A program made the translations under genes and the position numbers. The notes under the pieces are model-generated. The model was not told where the DNA came from, searched no databases, and was given only the letters and a program-made list of their open reading frames with translations. Positions 34,838 to 43,989 of a DNA stretch of 51,381 nucleotides are shown in pieces (within the stretch, counting starts at the first letter, position 1; each line of letters begins with the position of its first letter). Origin of the DNA: a virus (taxonomy: Duplodnaviria; Caudoviricetes); IMG/VR virus record IMGVR_UViG_3300019360_000016, positions 1-51,381 of that record. One strand, 5' to 3'.

Positions 34838-35378
34838 ACAATCCTTTCAGGAAATCTAAATCTTTACTGTTCCGGGCCTGACGAACATGACTCCACAGCA
34901 CTCGAATCACCGTTTCCCCCAACCGCTTCGGGTTCACCTTGGGGAGCCACAACAACCGAACATTCAGGCGGGCCATCTCCACAAGCAGCTTGTCCAAAAC
35001 CTCATCACTCGACTTGTAGGTTTCGCGGCGAAGTCCCGTGAAGGCATTGAGGTCCCCATCCAGGAGCAGATACTTCACCCCCGGTAGGTCGGCAAACTTC
35101 TGCCACGCCTTACTCGCCCGCACTCGGTCCGACTTGCTGAACCAATTCTTGTAACACTCATCGAGGTCCTTCTTGCGCTCCAGGGCTGCGATGTTCTGCA
35201 AGGCTTGTCCGCTTACTCGTAGGTAATAGTCGCCTGCCGCAATTTGCTCCGTGGTCTGTTGGATGCGGTAGAGCCGAGACTTCCCTGAGATATCCGTCAG
35301 ATACATGGTCTCCGGAAACCGCAACCTATACTTCGGTTTCTCGTTCCGGTCGATCACCACTTCCAAAATCGGGAGCAT
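34791..35378 (-). CDS. ERCC4-like structure-specific nuclease
   Basis: VIDRNEK, AGDY, ERKK motifs. Confidence 0.7.
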   Translation of the reverse strand: MLPILEVVIDRNEKPKYRLRFPETMYLTDISGKSRLYRIQQTTEQIAAGDYYLRVSGQALQNIAALERKKDLDECYKNWFSKSDRVRASKAWQKFADLPGVKYLLLDGDLNAFTGLRRETYKSSDEVLDKLLVEMARLNVRLLWLPKVNPKRLGETVIRVLWSHVRQARNSKDLDFLKGLYVGDNCPTGTGIQQD

Positions 35379-35701
35379 CAGGCACCGAAACCTTCAACGA
35401 ACATGGTCTCCCCGGAAGCCGTCACACCGAATGCGAGGACGGTTTTCTCCGGCAACATCAGGTACAGTTGGCCCCCGATTCGGACCTCCTGCCCGCCGTA
35501 CTCACTAAACAATACCCGCATGCCCGGTTTCCAAGTGTTTAGACAGGCATTGCCCACCCCGACCACAGTTCCGGTATTCTCCTGCACCTTGGCGGAATCC
35601 GGCAACTCAATCCCGGTCTCTATCGCCTTCACCGGTGGGTCCGGCACAATCATCAGTTGGGCTCCCACCAGTCTCCACCGAACAGCATCCGTTTTTGCCA
35701 C
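35378..35701 (-). CDS. groES: Co-chaperonin GroES (Cpn10)
   Basis: TGIELPDSAK...GTVVGVG...KPGMRVLFSEYGGQEVRIGGQLYLML.E..VLA. Confidence 0.9.
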   Translation of the reverse strand: MAKTDAVRWRLVGAQLMIVPDPPVKAIETGIELPDSAKVQENTGTVVGVGNACLNTWKPGMRVLFSEYGGQEVRIGGQLYLMLPEKTVLAFGVTASGETMFVEGFGA

Positions 35702-35975
35702 GTCTAGTTCTCCACAGTAAGGCCCCTACAGCACTAACCATTAGGGCTCCTCCCCCAATCCACACCGTGTTTTCCAGGAGTCCCGCATACCACGGTGCCC
35801 CGTAGTACACGGTACTCTTTTGGTGAGCGTTGTCACCGGCCACCTGCTCCGTGCGGCTCCGGCCTAACTCCGCCCCGCACCCCACCATGATATACCCCAG
35901 GAGGAGCAAAGTCAAGAGGCCGTAAATTATCGCCTTCCACCACTGCCACCGCATTCGGGCCATTCGGGTCTCCAC
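35607..35975 (-). CDS. Membrane protein / possible lipoprotein
   Basis: Two hydrophobic segments, MVGC lipobox-like site. Confidence 0.5.
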   Translation of the reverse strand: METRMARMRWQWWKAIIYGLLTLLLLGYIMVGCGAELGRSRTEQVAGDNAHQKSTVYYGAPWYAGLLENTVWIGGGALMVSAVGALLWRTRRGKNGCCSVETGGSPTDDCAGPTGEGDRDRD

Positions 35976-36178
35976 AAGGGTTCATTGGTTCTGGCTCTCG
36001 GTTTTCCGGGAACCGCACATCCCGCCGCGTCCCCACAACTCCTCCCCACCTCATACCGGAGTCGTTCAGTTAACTCCGCCCTGGTTATGGGGTCCGTATC
36101 CGGGTGGGGAGTCAGTAATGCTACCCGGTCTAGGATGCGGTCTGGGTCCACGTCCTCAAGTGATTCGACAATTCTCAT
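35927..36178 (-). CDS. Hypothetical protein
   Basis: 83 aa, AAGGA upstream, directly after the polymerase. Confidence 0.45.
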   Translation of the reverse strand: MRIVESLEDVDPDRILDRVALLTPHPDTDPITRAELTERLRYEVGRSCGDAAGCAVPGKPRARTNEPLWRPEWPECGGSGGRR

Positions 36179-36197
36179 CTCTCTGATCCTTTGAGAG

Positions 36198-38879
36198 TTA
36201 CGCCCTGGTGGTGAGGATTTTCACCTCAGCATCCAGGGGGCATGTTCTCCCGTAATGTTGTTCAAGTTGGTGCCAGAAGGGTACATCTCTCAGGTGCCGG
36301 AGACAGACCTCTTCCACCACCGGGTACTCCGCCTTCGGGCATTCCACTAGCATTGAGTCGTAAATCTTCAGGTTGGACATAGCCGCCATGTCTCGTGCCC
36401 TAAACTCCTCCTCCACCCACCATGAGGCGTCAATCAGCGTGTCGGCGGCGAGGGTCTGAATGGGGAAGTTGGATATTTCGTTGATCTTGTTCTGGGTTCC
36501 CCTCACTCCGCCCACAAAGAGTCGTGACTGTCCGAGCACCGGTAGGGCGGCGTACCTAGTCGCCACGGTGGACTTGATCCACTGCTCCTGCCACCGCCCA
36601 AACTCCTTGTGATCGGAGTAGTAGGCGGATATAAGTTTCTGCCAGAATCGCACCGGAAGCAGCAACTTATTGTCCCTCGCGGCTGTCTCCATGAGTTTGC
36701 GGGCTCCGGCTTTGAATAGCACTGCGAAGTTCACCGTTTTCCCCAACTGCCTCCAAGTTTTCACCCCCGGCGTGTCTTTGGTGGCGGTAGGGCCTGAGAA
36801 CAGTTGCTCCAACCAGTCCCGTTCTACTCCGGCGAATTGGTTGAGGTTCCCCGTTTTCATGTAGTCACGCATTTCGCGGAGAATCATCAACCCTGTGGTG
36901 AGGTGTATGTCACGGTCGAGGCGGTAGTCCTCCAGCATCAAGGGGTCCCCTGACACCAAGGCGGCGGTCCTGAGTTCAATCTGGCTCTCATCCCCTTCAC
37001 ACAGGACGCCCGGTGAAAACCGGGTCCACAGGGTGCGTTTCAGCGGCTTCGACAAATTGAGCAGGCCCGGATTGCGGCAGGTAATTCGTCCCTGCTTGGT
37101 GCCCCCCGACGACGTATCCTCAAACTGGCTGGGGATAACGTACCAAGTCGGGTAGGCGGTGTCAGTTAGTAGGCAGGACGCCTTGGAGAGTTCCGTTTGC
37201 CCCTTAACTTTTCTGCCCACCAGAAGCGGACGGGTGTATCGGGAAACGGTGTCTCTGAGAGTTTTGAACCTCTGTATGCACCGAACCTTCCGAGCGGACT
37301 CACAGTAAGGATCAAGATTACCAAGTAGCAGATTGAAGTTCTCATCACCGGCGGATATCTCCTTGGTTTTGGGGGTCCGTTTCACTCGCCGATCATTGTG
37401 GAGATTGGCTAAAATCAATGCCTCCTCCATGACCGCCGAGTACCACCCCTTCACTCCCTTACCGTCCAATTTCCCCTGCCACCTAGTTTGTGCATATCGT
37501 CGTAGTCGGTCTGCACGAACGTTGCTAGTGCCCTGAATCTCGGCAACAACACGGCTGTCGATAGTGACTCCTCGCTCTGAGGCGTACATCGCCCACCACA
37601 ACAATCTATTGTAGTGGTCGTAGCAGGCCGGGGAGAGTTTGTCCGTTTCCGGGTAGTCGCGGCGGATGCTTTCCACCAACGATTCATAGTTGACAAGAGT
37701 GGCCACCGTATCTTTGGCGTTGTAGTCATAAAGTCGAGAGTCCTCCACAGACGGGTAACGATGGGTTTTGAGATTCAGTTCCTCATCGTAGTCAGCCACC
37801 ATGAGGAGTTTGGAGAGGTTCTTGAGGCTGCGTTCTGGCCGAACCTCACTGAACAGGTAGTTAATGACGCCCAATTCAATCAGTTTCCACCGGGTGTGGT
37901 TGAAGGTACGGCCCCACGGATACGCAGCCCGCAGGAACATCACATCAAACGGGATGTTCATACCCAAGAGTGTACGGCAGCCCCGTTTCCAGGAGTAATC
38001 CAGCAGGGCCCTAAACGATTTCCGCCCCTCCCGTGTCTGCATGTTGTATACCGCCGTCCGTAACCCGTCCGGGGTCCTCCATGAAACCGCAGCAGTTTGA
38101 ATGAGTTGATTCCGGCGGCACTGATCTGTCACCAAGGAGCGTGTCGGCTGGAACACGGTCTGCTTGGGGAGGCCCTCTATGCAGCCATAGGTCTCAAAAT
38201 CCAACGATAGGAGGTCGGGCACAAACTCCCCGACGGAGACTGCATTCCACTCCAATGTGGGCACTTCCGCTCTGGTGGGGATGTTTCCCGTTTCCAGGTA
38301 GGTCACAAGGAGATTGAGGTGATCAGCTACGTTGGCGGCTTCCTCTGGGGCCCGGTCCTTCATGAGTGCGGCCGGGTTCGAGGTCCAGAACACCGGCACC
38401 GAAACCGCCCCCACCGACACCGAACGGCCCTGCTGATAGAGGGCCTTCTCCAACGGTTGACTAATTAGGCTGCGGGAGGCTCCGGCACCAGCACCTAGAA
38501 TTACCACCCTCCTGTACTGGGCGGCTAGGGTTGCCACATCTTCCACGAGATGGGCATGGCACTGTTTGTACTGTCCCTGTGTCGGCTTCACATCCTTCGG
38601 GGGGCAACACCTCACCGCATTGGTGACGTAGATATCGGCGAAACGGCTAAGCCCCGCCGATCTCAGGTACACCGACTCAAGTAGTCGTCCGGACGGTCCG
38701 GTGAAGTGGGCGTTGAGGGTGTCCTCCACCACTCCGGGACAATCACCGACAATCAGTAGGGCAGTATCTCCGTTTTCGGGGCCTGACTGTATAAGCCTTG
38801 TACCAATCCCGATGTTGGTACACGTCTCCCAAAGATCACAATTCCGACATTCCGGGTGGGGATTAAGCACTGGCAACAT
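36198..38879 (-). CDS. polA: Family A DNA polymerase with N-terminal uracil-DNA glycosylase (family 4-like) and 3'-5' exonuclease domains
   Basis: CRNCDL, IVGDCPG..ED, TNAVRCCPP (UDG); LDFET, NIPFD, YNAKD (exo); GRITCRNPGLLN, DESQIELR, RQLGKTVNF, NFPIQ, IYDS (pol); start at MLPVLNP just after the upstream stop. Confidence 0.92.
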   Translation of the reverse strand: MLPVLNPHPECRNCDLWETCTNIGIGTRLIQSGPENGDTALLIVGDCPGVVEDTLNAHFTGPSGRLLESVYLRSAGLSRFADIYVTNAVRCCPPKDVKPTQGQYKQCHAHLVEDVATLAAQYRRVVILGAGAGASRSLISQPLEKALYQQGRSVSVGAVSVPVFWTSNPAALMKDRAPEEAANVADHLNLLVTYLETGNIPTRAEVPTLEWNAVSVGEFVPDLLSLDFETYGCIEGLPKQTVFQPTRSLVTDQCRRNQLIQTAAVSWRTPDGLRTAVYNMQTREGRKSFRALLDYSWKRGCRTLLGMNIPFDVMFLRAAYPWGRTFNHTRWKLIELGVINYLFSEVRPERSLKNLSKLLMVADYDEELNLKTHRYPSVEDSRLYDYNAKDTVATLVNYESLVESIRRDYPETDKLSPACYDHYNRLLWWAMYASERGVTIDSRVVAEIQGTSNVRADRLRRYAQTRWQGKLDGKGVKGWYSAVMEEALILANLHNDRRVKRTPKTKEISAGDENFNLLLGNLDPYCESARKVRCIQRFKTLRDTVSRYTRPLLVGRKVKGQTELSKASCLLTDTAYPTWYVIPSQFEDTSSGGTKQGRITCRNPGLLNLSKPLKRTLWTRFSPGVLCEGDESQIELRTAALVSGDPLMLEDYRLDRDIHLTTGLMILREMRDYMKTGNLNQFAGVERDWLEQLFSGPTATKDTPGVKTWRQLGKTVNFAVLFKAGARKLMETAARDNKLLLPVRFWQKLISAYYSDHKEFGRWQEQWIKSTVATRYAALPVLGQSRLFVGGVRGTQNKINEISNFPIQTLAADTLIDASWWVEEEFRARDMAAMSNLKIYDSMLVECPKAEYPVVEEVCLRHLRDVPFWHQLEQHYGRTCPLDAEVKILTTRA

Positions 38880-38884
38880 ACAGG

Positions 38885-39706
38885 TTACACCGCCTTCTGC
38901 ATCCAACGGGGCCACTGATCCAAAGCCGGAGTTGAACCACCGTCCATTACATCCGACGCAATCCCTGCCACCGTGTTGCGGGCTTGGCTGATGGTAAACT
39001 TCGACAGGTCGCCCCGGACTTGGAAGGGTAACGAGTTTTGCGGTTTCGTCGGGAATATACAATCCGTGATGATGAGATGTCCCGGATTGAGGAAGGCACT
39101 GGGACCTTCCACTCTGGGGGCTCGTAGGTTTTGTATGTAGGCGTATCGGAAATTGCCGATACTGGGTGTCCGATATCCTGTGTTCACCTCCACGGCGGTC
39201 ATGAGGATATTCTCGCACTTGTCGGCCAAGATTCCTTTACTTGCCCATCGATCCTGGACCCACTCCTTATCCGGCTTAGCTCCTCCACAGATCACGCCAT
39301 CCAACCAGAGATTTCTAACATTCACCGCCGATAAGGCATCATCACTGGACTGCCTCATAGTGGAATGGCGTATGAGGCACATCTCAATGTCCCCCACCGA
39401 CAGACTCCGCCAGCCACCCAACGGGATTTCCGTTTTCAATTCCTCGATAGGTTTCCCATAGGCGGCGTCGAACAAACAATCGAATATCCCCAAAGCCCCA
39501 ATGTTAAGGAATCCAGTTTGGCCGCTCCGCACCGTCAGTCCTACGGCGGTAACAGAGGCAAAGTCTCGAATCTCCACCGGCTTCTTGACCAGTGTCACGC
39601 CCGGTAACAGCAGCAGGACGGCTCCCGGTTCCCCCTTGATGACGGTGGTAGGGGCATCCGGGGCCTTGTCGATGAGGTCCTGAAGCGTTGAAACTACCTG
39701 TAACAT
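38885..39706 (-). CDS. Parallel beta-helix (pectate-lyase-like) protein
   Basis: IRHSTMRQSSDDALSAVNVRNLWLDG resembles PL1-type beta-helix rungs. Confidence 0.5.
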   Translation of the reverse strand: MLQVVSTLQDLIDKAPDAPTTVIKGEPGAVLLLLPGVTLVKKPVEIRDFASVTAVGLTVRSGQTGFLNIGALGIFDCLFDAAYGKPIEELKTEIPLGGWRSLSVGDIEMCLIRHSTMRQSSDDALSAVNVRNLWLDGVICGGAKPDKEWVQDRWASKGILADKCENILMTAVEVNTGYRTPSIGNFRYAYIQNLRAPRVEGPSAFLNPGHLIITDCIFPTKPQNSLPFQVRGDLSKFTISQARNTVAGIASDVMDGGSTPALDQWPRWMQKAV

Positions 39707-39731
39707 TCGTGGCTCTCCGTGTTTAGGCTAT

Positions 39732-39785
39732 TTGCGTTTACCTTGCCTATCAATTATAATACCACAATGGCCCACAAAAAGTCAA
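39732..39785. promoter_or_regulatory. Overlapping divergent sigma70-like promoters
   Basis: Plus: TTGCGT-N17-TATAAT (39732-39760). Minus: TTGACT-N18-TATTAT with extended TG. The -10 boxes overlap at palindromic ATTATAAT. Confidence 0.6.
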
Positions 39786-40186
39786 ATCTGAAACCGTTCC
39801 AAGAGGTGGTGGCTAGGTTCGTAATCAACCCCACCGAGGGTACGACCGATATCCAATTCGATAAGTGTGTCGAGACTACCCACACCGCCGAAATCAAAGC
39901 CTACATCATGGCGGCATTCCACTTCTGTGGGGCCCTGGGCGGAGTGGAACCCGCTTACAACTTCATGCGGGCGGGCCTTCAGACGGTCCGGGAAATGGCT
40001 ACCCCTAGCCCGGCTGTGGTGGACCCCCTAGGATTGCCGTTCGTCCTGTCACCGGAACCACCCATCGACAACATCGGCAAAGAGTTGAACTCCGTGAGTG
40101 ATGGGATCAGCGAAAACGAACCCGACCAAACAGCCCAAAACGCTAAACAATCCGATCTCCCGAACACGACGCATACAATCTCCTAA
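39767..40186 (+). CDS. Hypothetical protein, only credible plus-strand gene
   Basis: ATG 6 nt after TATAAT; fills a gap with no long minus-strand ORF; converges on the 40183 stop. Confidence 0.65.
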   Translation: MAHKKSNLKPFQEVVARFVINPTEGTTDIQFDKCVETTHTAEIKAYIMAAFHFCGALGGVEPAYNFMRAGLQTVREMATPSPAVVDPLGLPFVLSPEPPIDNIGKELNSVSDGISENEPDQTAQNAKQSDLPNTTHTIS

Positions 40187-43100
40187 CGGTAAATCCCGGC
40201 GGAGTTCAAAATCCCACCGGAGAGAAGTTCATTGGTTGTTGCTTCTGCCCGTTCCATGAACGAGGAACCGGCAGGACTAGCCGACCCAGACCCTGGTGGT
40301 ACTGAGGACGGACGAATACGGTACGGGTCTCTTTGGGCGGCGGTGGTCCCGGCACTGAGACCTCCCGGCTGCAATCCCAGAAACCCCGGATCATTCCCAA
40401 AGGCCACACCCATAGTGGCGAGAAACTGGGCTCTCAATTCCGGCGGTAACGTCTCTAACAGTCGCTCACTCCGCCCCACATCCTGACGCAAGTGGACTCC
40501 CCGCCACTGACTCTTACTGATGGGGATGGGGCCGGGAGCAATGGTCTGGTATTCCTGCTCCACGGTATCGGCTAGGCGTTGATCCCCAGACATTGCGGCC
40601 TCAACGTACTCCCGTTTCAGTTCCGCCACACGGGGAGCCACCCCGATCATCCACCGAGCGAGGGCCTGCTCCTGACTCCCATTGATGTCACCCAGCCCCA
40701 GACTCCGAGCGTAGAGTTGGGTTGGTGAGTAGTAACCGATGAGGTTGCCGTCCGGAGTGTACAGCGGATATCGGCCGTCGGGACCTTGCTGACGGTTATC
40801 CACATACGACCGTCCGATCAGTTGCCCCACCGCCGGGGCCACTGGCCCAGGTCCAACAGTGGTCAAGACTCTCGCTAAGCCCACCCCACCGGGGACGAGG
40901 AGGGGCAGCGATCTCTGTAGTTGGGTCGGGTCCCCGGTGAGACCCGCCACCGCCGCACTGCCCGCCAACTGCACCACCGGGGGCACCAAGGGTAACGGGT
41001 AGAATGGGCTACCTTCACGGGGGATCGGTAAAGCCCCAGTCGTTGTAGCTTGGCTTGCAATGTCCTCTCCGAATTGGCCGAGTATCAGTTTCGCCGCCCC
41101 AATGGTCAGCCCCGTTGCCACTAAGGCTCGGCCCCAGAAACCTGGACCGCCGCGAGCAAACAGGTTGGCGTAGCGGATAGGGAACTGAGACAACATCCTG
41201 AATGTCGGGTTCCACTCCGCCATGAGTTTCGGGATGTTGCTGATGCCGCCCCCGAACTGGGTAGCCGCAACTCCCTCCATCGCTCGGATTTTCACCAAGT
41301 TGTTAGCCACCGCATCCGAATAGAGAGCTTTCCCTTTGGGGAGCACATGCTCGCCGAACGTCCAGTGGTTGAAAACCGGGACTCCCTCACTGCTAAACTC
41401 CGCCATTTGTTTCCAGGCGGAGTGGCGGAAGGAGTTGTGGGCGACAATCCGGTTCCCGGTCTCCGAAGTGGAGAACAGTGACATCATTCGCCGTCGCCAG
41501 ACATCGTAAGTTTGTCCGGCGGGGCTCCGGGTTTTGAGCAGTGCATTCTTGGTCTGATCCAACGCCTGCACCAATGAGTCATCCATTGTGAAGGCGGACT
41601 CAGCGAAATCCTTGAATGCAGTCCTGAATGCCTCCTCATGGGTGACATTGCCATGACGAAGTTTGATGTAGTGGTTCATTTGCTCCAAGGAGTCTTTGAT
41701 CCCCTGGACCGTACTCTCCACTCCTACGTATGGTAGAGTGGAAATCAATATCTGGAACAGGTTCTTCACGGGGGCAATGAGGTTGGGAGCCGCAAGAGTG
41801 GATTGGTAGAAGTAGTTGGCGATGCTCCGAGTAGCCTGCCGATACCCCAGTTTCGGGGACTCCGCAATGGCCACCTGCAACGACTGCCGTAACTCGTTGG
41901 CTCCGGCAGCACTCAACATCTTCCCCATAGGTGCGTCCGGTTTCAGAGAATCGCTTGCCAGTTTCCGCATGTGATCCCAGCGTTGGCTGTTGAGGTGCTC
42001 CTTGGGGGTCATGTTACCTAACACCGCCGGCATGTAGGTGTCACGGATGAAAGCTGCCCGCACTGGGTCCTTGAAGTCGGGCAGGTCTCTGAGGATTTCC
42101 CCCTCCGGTGTGACCGTTTTCCCGTAGGCGAGTTCCCTCAATACCCTACTCCAACCCTCGCCCAGTGAGTGAGTTGCTCCGGGTGGCCTGACACTCCACC
42201 CGTAATCGCGGGCACGAGTATGGTTGTAACTCTGAGCGACTCCAAGTGTATCCATGCGGAAGCGGTGGGGCATAGAATTGTAGAGAATGTAATCCTTACT
42301 GACGCCCAAGTTCTGTTGGAGTGCTGCCTCGGCGGCCGGGTTCCCGTGGAGGGGTGTGAGCAGTTTCTCCACCCGGTTGTCGATTACTCGCATCTTGGTG
42401 GCGGCGTCAGCGTAGGGGCCTCCCATTTTCACTAAGTCGCTCGTCTCCGGCAACATACCGAAAAACCGCTGAAGATGTCCGCCACTCGCAACTTTGGCGG
42501 TGGCTGCTGATTCCTGTCCGGCGATAAACTCTCCGACGTACTCCCGAAAACCGCCAAGCACGGCCTCCTTGTCGAGGAGGTCTAAGCCGCCACCCCGATC
42601 GGCGAGGTAGTGCCCCATCAGGCGGTTAAGCTCTGAGGGAGTCAGGCGGATGGGCCGTCCCTGGAGCATTAACCCTGACTCCTTCGCACCCCTCGCCAGA
42701 ACGTCCACACTGTAGGAGTCTTGGAGGGCTTTGAGGTGTTTCGGGTCCGTGTGCAGGAGCAGCGGGAAGTAGCCCCGGTTCAGTTTGGTGCCGATCGGTG
42801 GTGCCTCAGTGCGTAACCCGGTAAACTTCCGCCCCTTCCGGGCCAGGGATTGGGGGATGCCGTTTACCAAATCGGGTCCCGTTTTGTCGTACACCCAGTC
42901 GAAGTATCCGTCCAACTGGGAATTGAGAGCCCGTTCTGACGCCGACAACTCCACCTTGGGTAAAGAGCGTAGTGCATCGGCTGCCGATTTGATCTCTGCC
43001 GGTAACACCAACCCCTTCTCCGCCAACAGCCCCAACCGCTTCTCATACTCCTTCACGGCGTGGTTGAGGTAGCCGGATTCCTGGACCCGGTGCAGAGCAA

Positions 43101-43596
43101 TGCGGTACTCCGACAGGATGTCAGGGGCCTTGCCGGAGAGGTTCTTAAAATCGAGAGCCGCCTGACCGATCATTTCGACTCCCCGTTTCTGGAAGTCGTG
43201 AACGCGGGACCCCAACTCCGTCATCAGGGCCGGGAGCGGGGTACCCCGGTAAATCTCCGCAAAGGACATAGTGTCATCCAAGAGTGGGATCAGTGGTTTC
43301 AGGCCCTTGGTGAATTGTTCCTGCTGACTGAAAAACTGCCGTGTCCCCATCACCGGGTACTTCGCCGTCAGAATCAGCCCCAACACCACTCCGGGATTGG
43401 TGGTGGTCTGTACCAAGGTTTGCAGTGGTCCAGGCTCCGACAACCCGAAAAACTTCTCGGCGATCGTTTGGCGTTCTAGCGGTGACAGGCGATCTGGATT
43501 TAGCAATGCGGCCCCGGCTGCCCCCAAGTTACCTTGGAGAGCATTCGACATAGCGATGTCGAGACGGTCTAGGGCTGATACATTGACTTCCGGCAT
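40183..43596 (-). CDS. Large internal virion/ejection-like protein
   Basis: 1137 aa, helical; FGGG...FRMLSQFPIRY segment like those of large podovirus internal proteins; end of the virion module. Confidence 0.6.
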   Translation of the reverse strand: MPEVNVSALDRLDIAMSNALQGNLGAAGAALLNPDRLSPLERQTIAEKFFGLSEPGPLQTLVQTTTNPGVVLGLILTAKYPVMGTRQFFSQQEQFTKGLKPLIPLLDDTMSFAEIYRGTPLPALMTELGSRVHDFQKRGVEMIGQAALDFKNLSGKAPDILSEYRIALHRVQESGYLNHAVKEYEKRLGLLAEKGLVLPAEIKSAADALRSLPKVELSASERALNSQLDGYFDWVYDKTGPDLVNGIPQSLARKGRKFTGLRTEAPPIGTKLNRGYFPLLLHTDPKHLKALQDSYSVDVLARGAKESGLMLQGRPIRLTPSELNRLMGHYLADRGGGLDLLDKEAVLGGFREYVGEFIAGQESAATAKVASGGHLQRFFGMLPETSDLVKMGGPYADAATKMRVIDNRVEKLLTPLHGNPAAEAALQQNLGVSKDYILYNSMPHRFRMDTLGVAQSYNHTRARDYGWSVRPPGATHSLGEGWSRVLRELAYGKTVTPEGEILRDLPDFKDPVRAAFIRDTYMPAVLGNMTPKEHLNSQRWDHMRKLASDSLKPDAPMGKMLSAAGANELRQSLQVAIAESPKLGYRQATRSIANYFYQSTLAAPNLIAPVKNLFQILISTLPYVGVESTVQGIKDSLEQMNHYIKLRHGNVTHEEAFRTAFKDFAESAFTMDDSLVQALDQTKNALLKTRSPAGQTYDVWRRRMMSLFSTSETGNRIVAHNSFRHSAWKQMAEFSSEGVPVFNHWTFGEHVLPKGKALYSDAVANNLVKIRAMEGVAATQFGGGISNIPKLMAEWNPTFRMLSQFPIRYANLFARGGPGFWGRALVATGLTIGAAKLILGQFGEDIASQATTTGALPIPREGSPFYPLPLVPPVVQLAGSAAVAGLTGDPTQLQRSLPLLVPGGVGLARVLTTVGPGPVAPAVGQLIGRSYVDNRQQGPDGRYPLYTPDGNLIGYYSPTQLYARSLGLGDINGSQEQALARWMIGVAPRVAELKREYVEAAMSGDQRLADTVEQEYQTIAPGPIPISKSQWRGVHLRQDVGRSERLLETLPPELRAQFLATMGVAFGNDPGFLGLQPGGLSAGTTAAQRDPYRIRPSSVPPGSGSASPAGSSFMERAEATTNELLSGGILNSAGIYR

Positions 43597-43611
43597 AACT
43601 CTTTCACCGTA

Positions 43612-43680
43612 AGCCGTTCACAGGAATTGAACCTATTCCGTGCGGATTACAAATCCGACGGGCTCCCAGAGCAAAACGGC
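43612..43680 (-). tRNA. Non-canonical tRNA-Thr(UGU)-like gene, 69 nt
   Basis: GCCGTTT/GAACGGC acceptor, GCTC-TGG-GAGC D arm, loop TTTGTAA (anticodon TGT), ATAGG-TTCAATT-CCTGT T arm; no encoded CCA. Confidence 0.7.
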
Positions 43681-43686
43681 GTCCCC

Positions 43687-43977
43687 TTAGTCATCGTCGT
43701 CAGGGTCATCATCGAAGGAATCATCATCAACAAACAGTTCCTCCGTTGAGGACTCAAAATCATCCTCCACGGAGTTCTCGCTGTTCTCTCCGTTCTCCAC
43801 CACCTCCACCACACTCACGGTGTAGTCGGCTGTGCCCTCCGCTCCACACTCGGAGCAACTCCACTGAGCGAGGATTTGCTCCACTCCGTCCTGCTCCGTG
43901 TCGGTGATTTCCAGTTGGGCGGAGGCCCCACAACTCGGACACCGACCCTTGGCGAACTTCTTTGTGACCGCATCCAT
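43687..43977 (-). CDS. Zinc-ribbon protein with acidic tail
   Basis: CPSCG...CSECG, D/E-rich C-terminus; GAGGT RBS. Confidence 0.7.
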   Translation of the reverse strand: MDAVTKKFAKGRCPSCGASAQLEITDTEQDGVEQILAQWSCSECGAEGTADYTVSVVEVVENGENSENSVEDDFESSTEELFVDDDSFDDDPDDDD

Positions 43978-43989
43978 AACCGTTTACCT

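Noticed and set aside
43612-43680. attP site or prophage boundary at the tRNA
   Set aside because: No integrase motifs, no duplicated tRNA 3' end seen, phage genes on both sides
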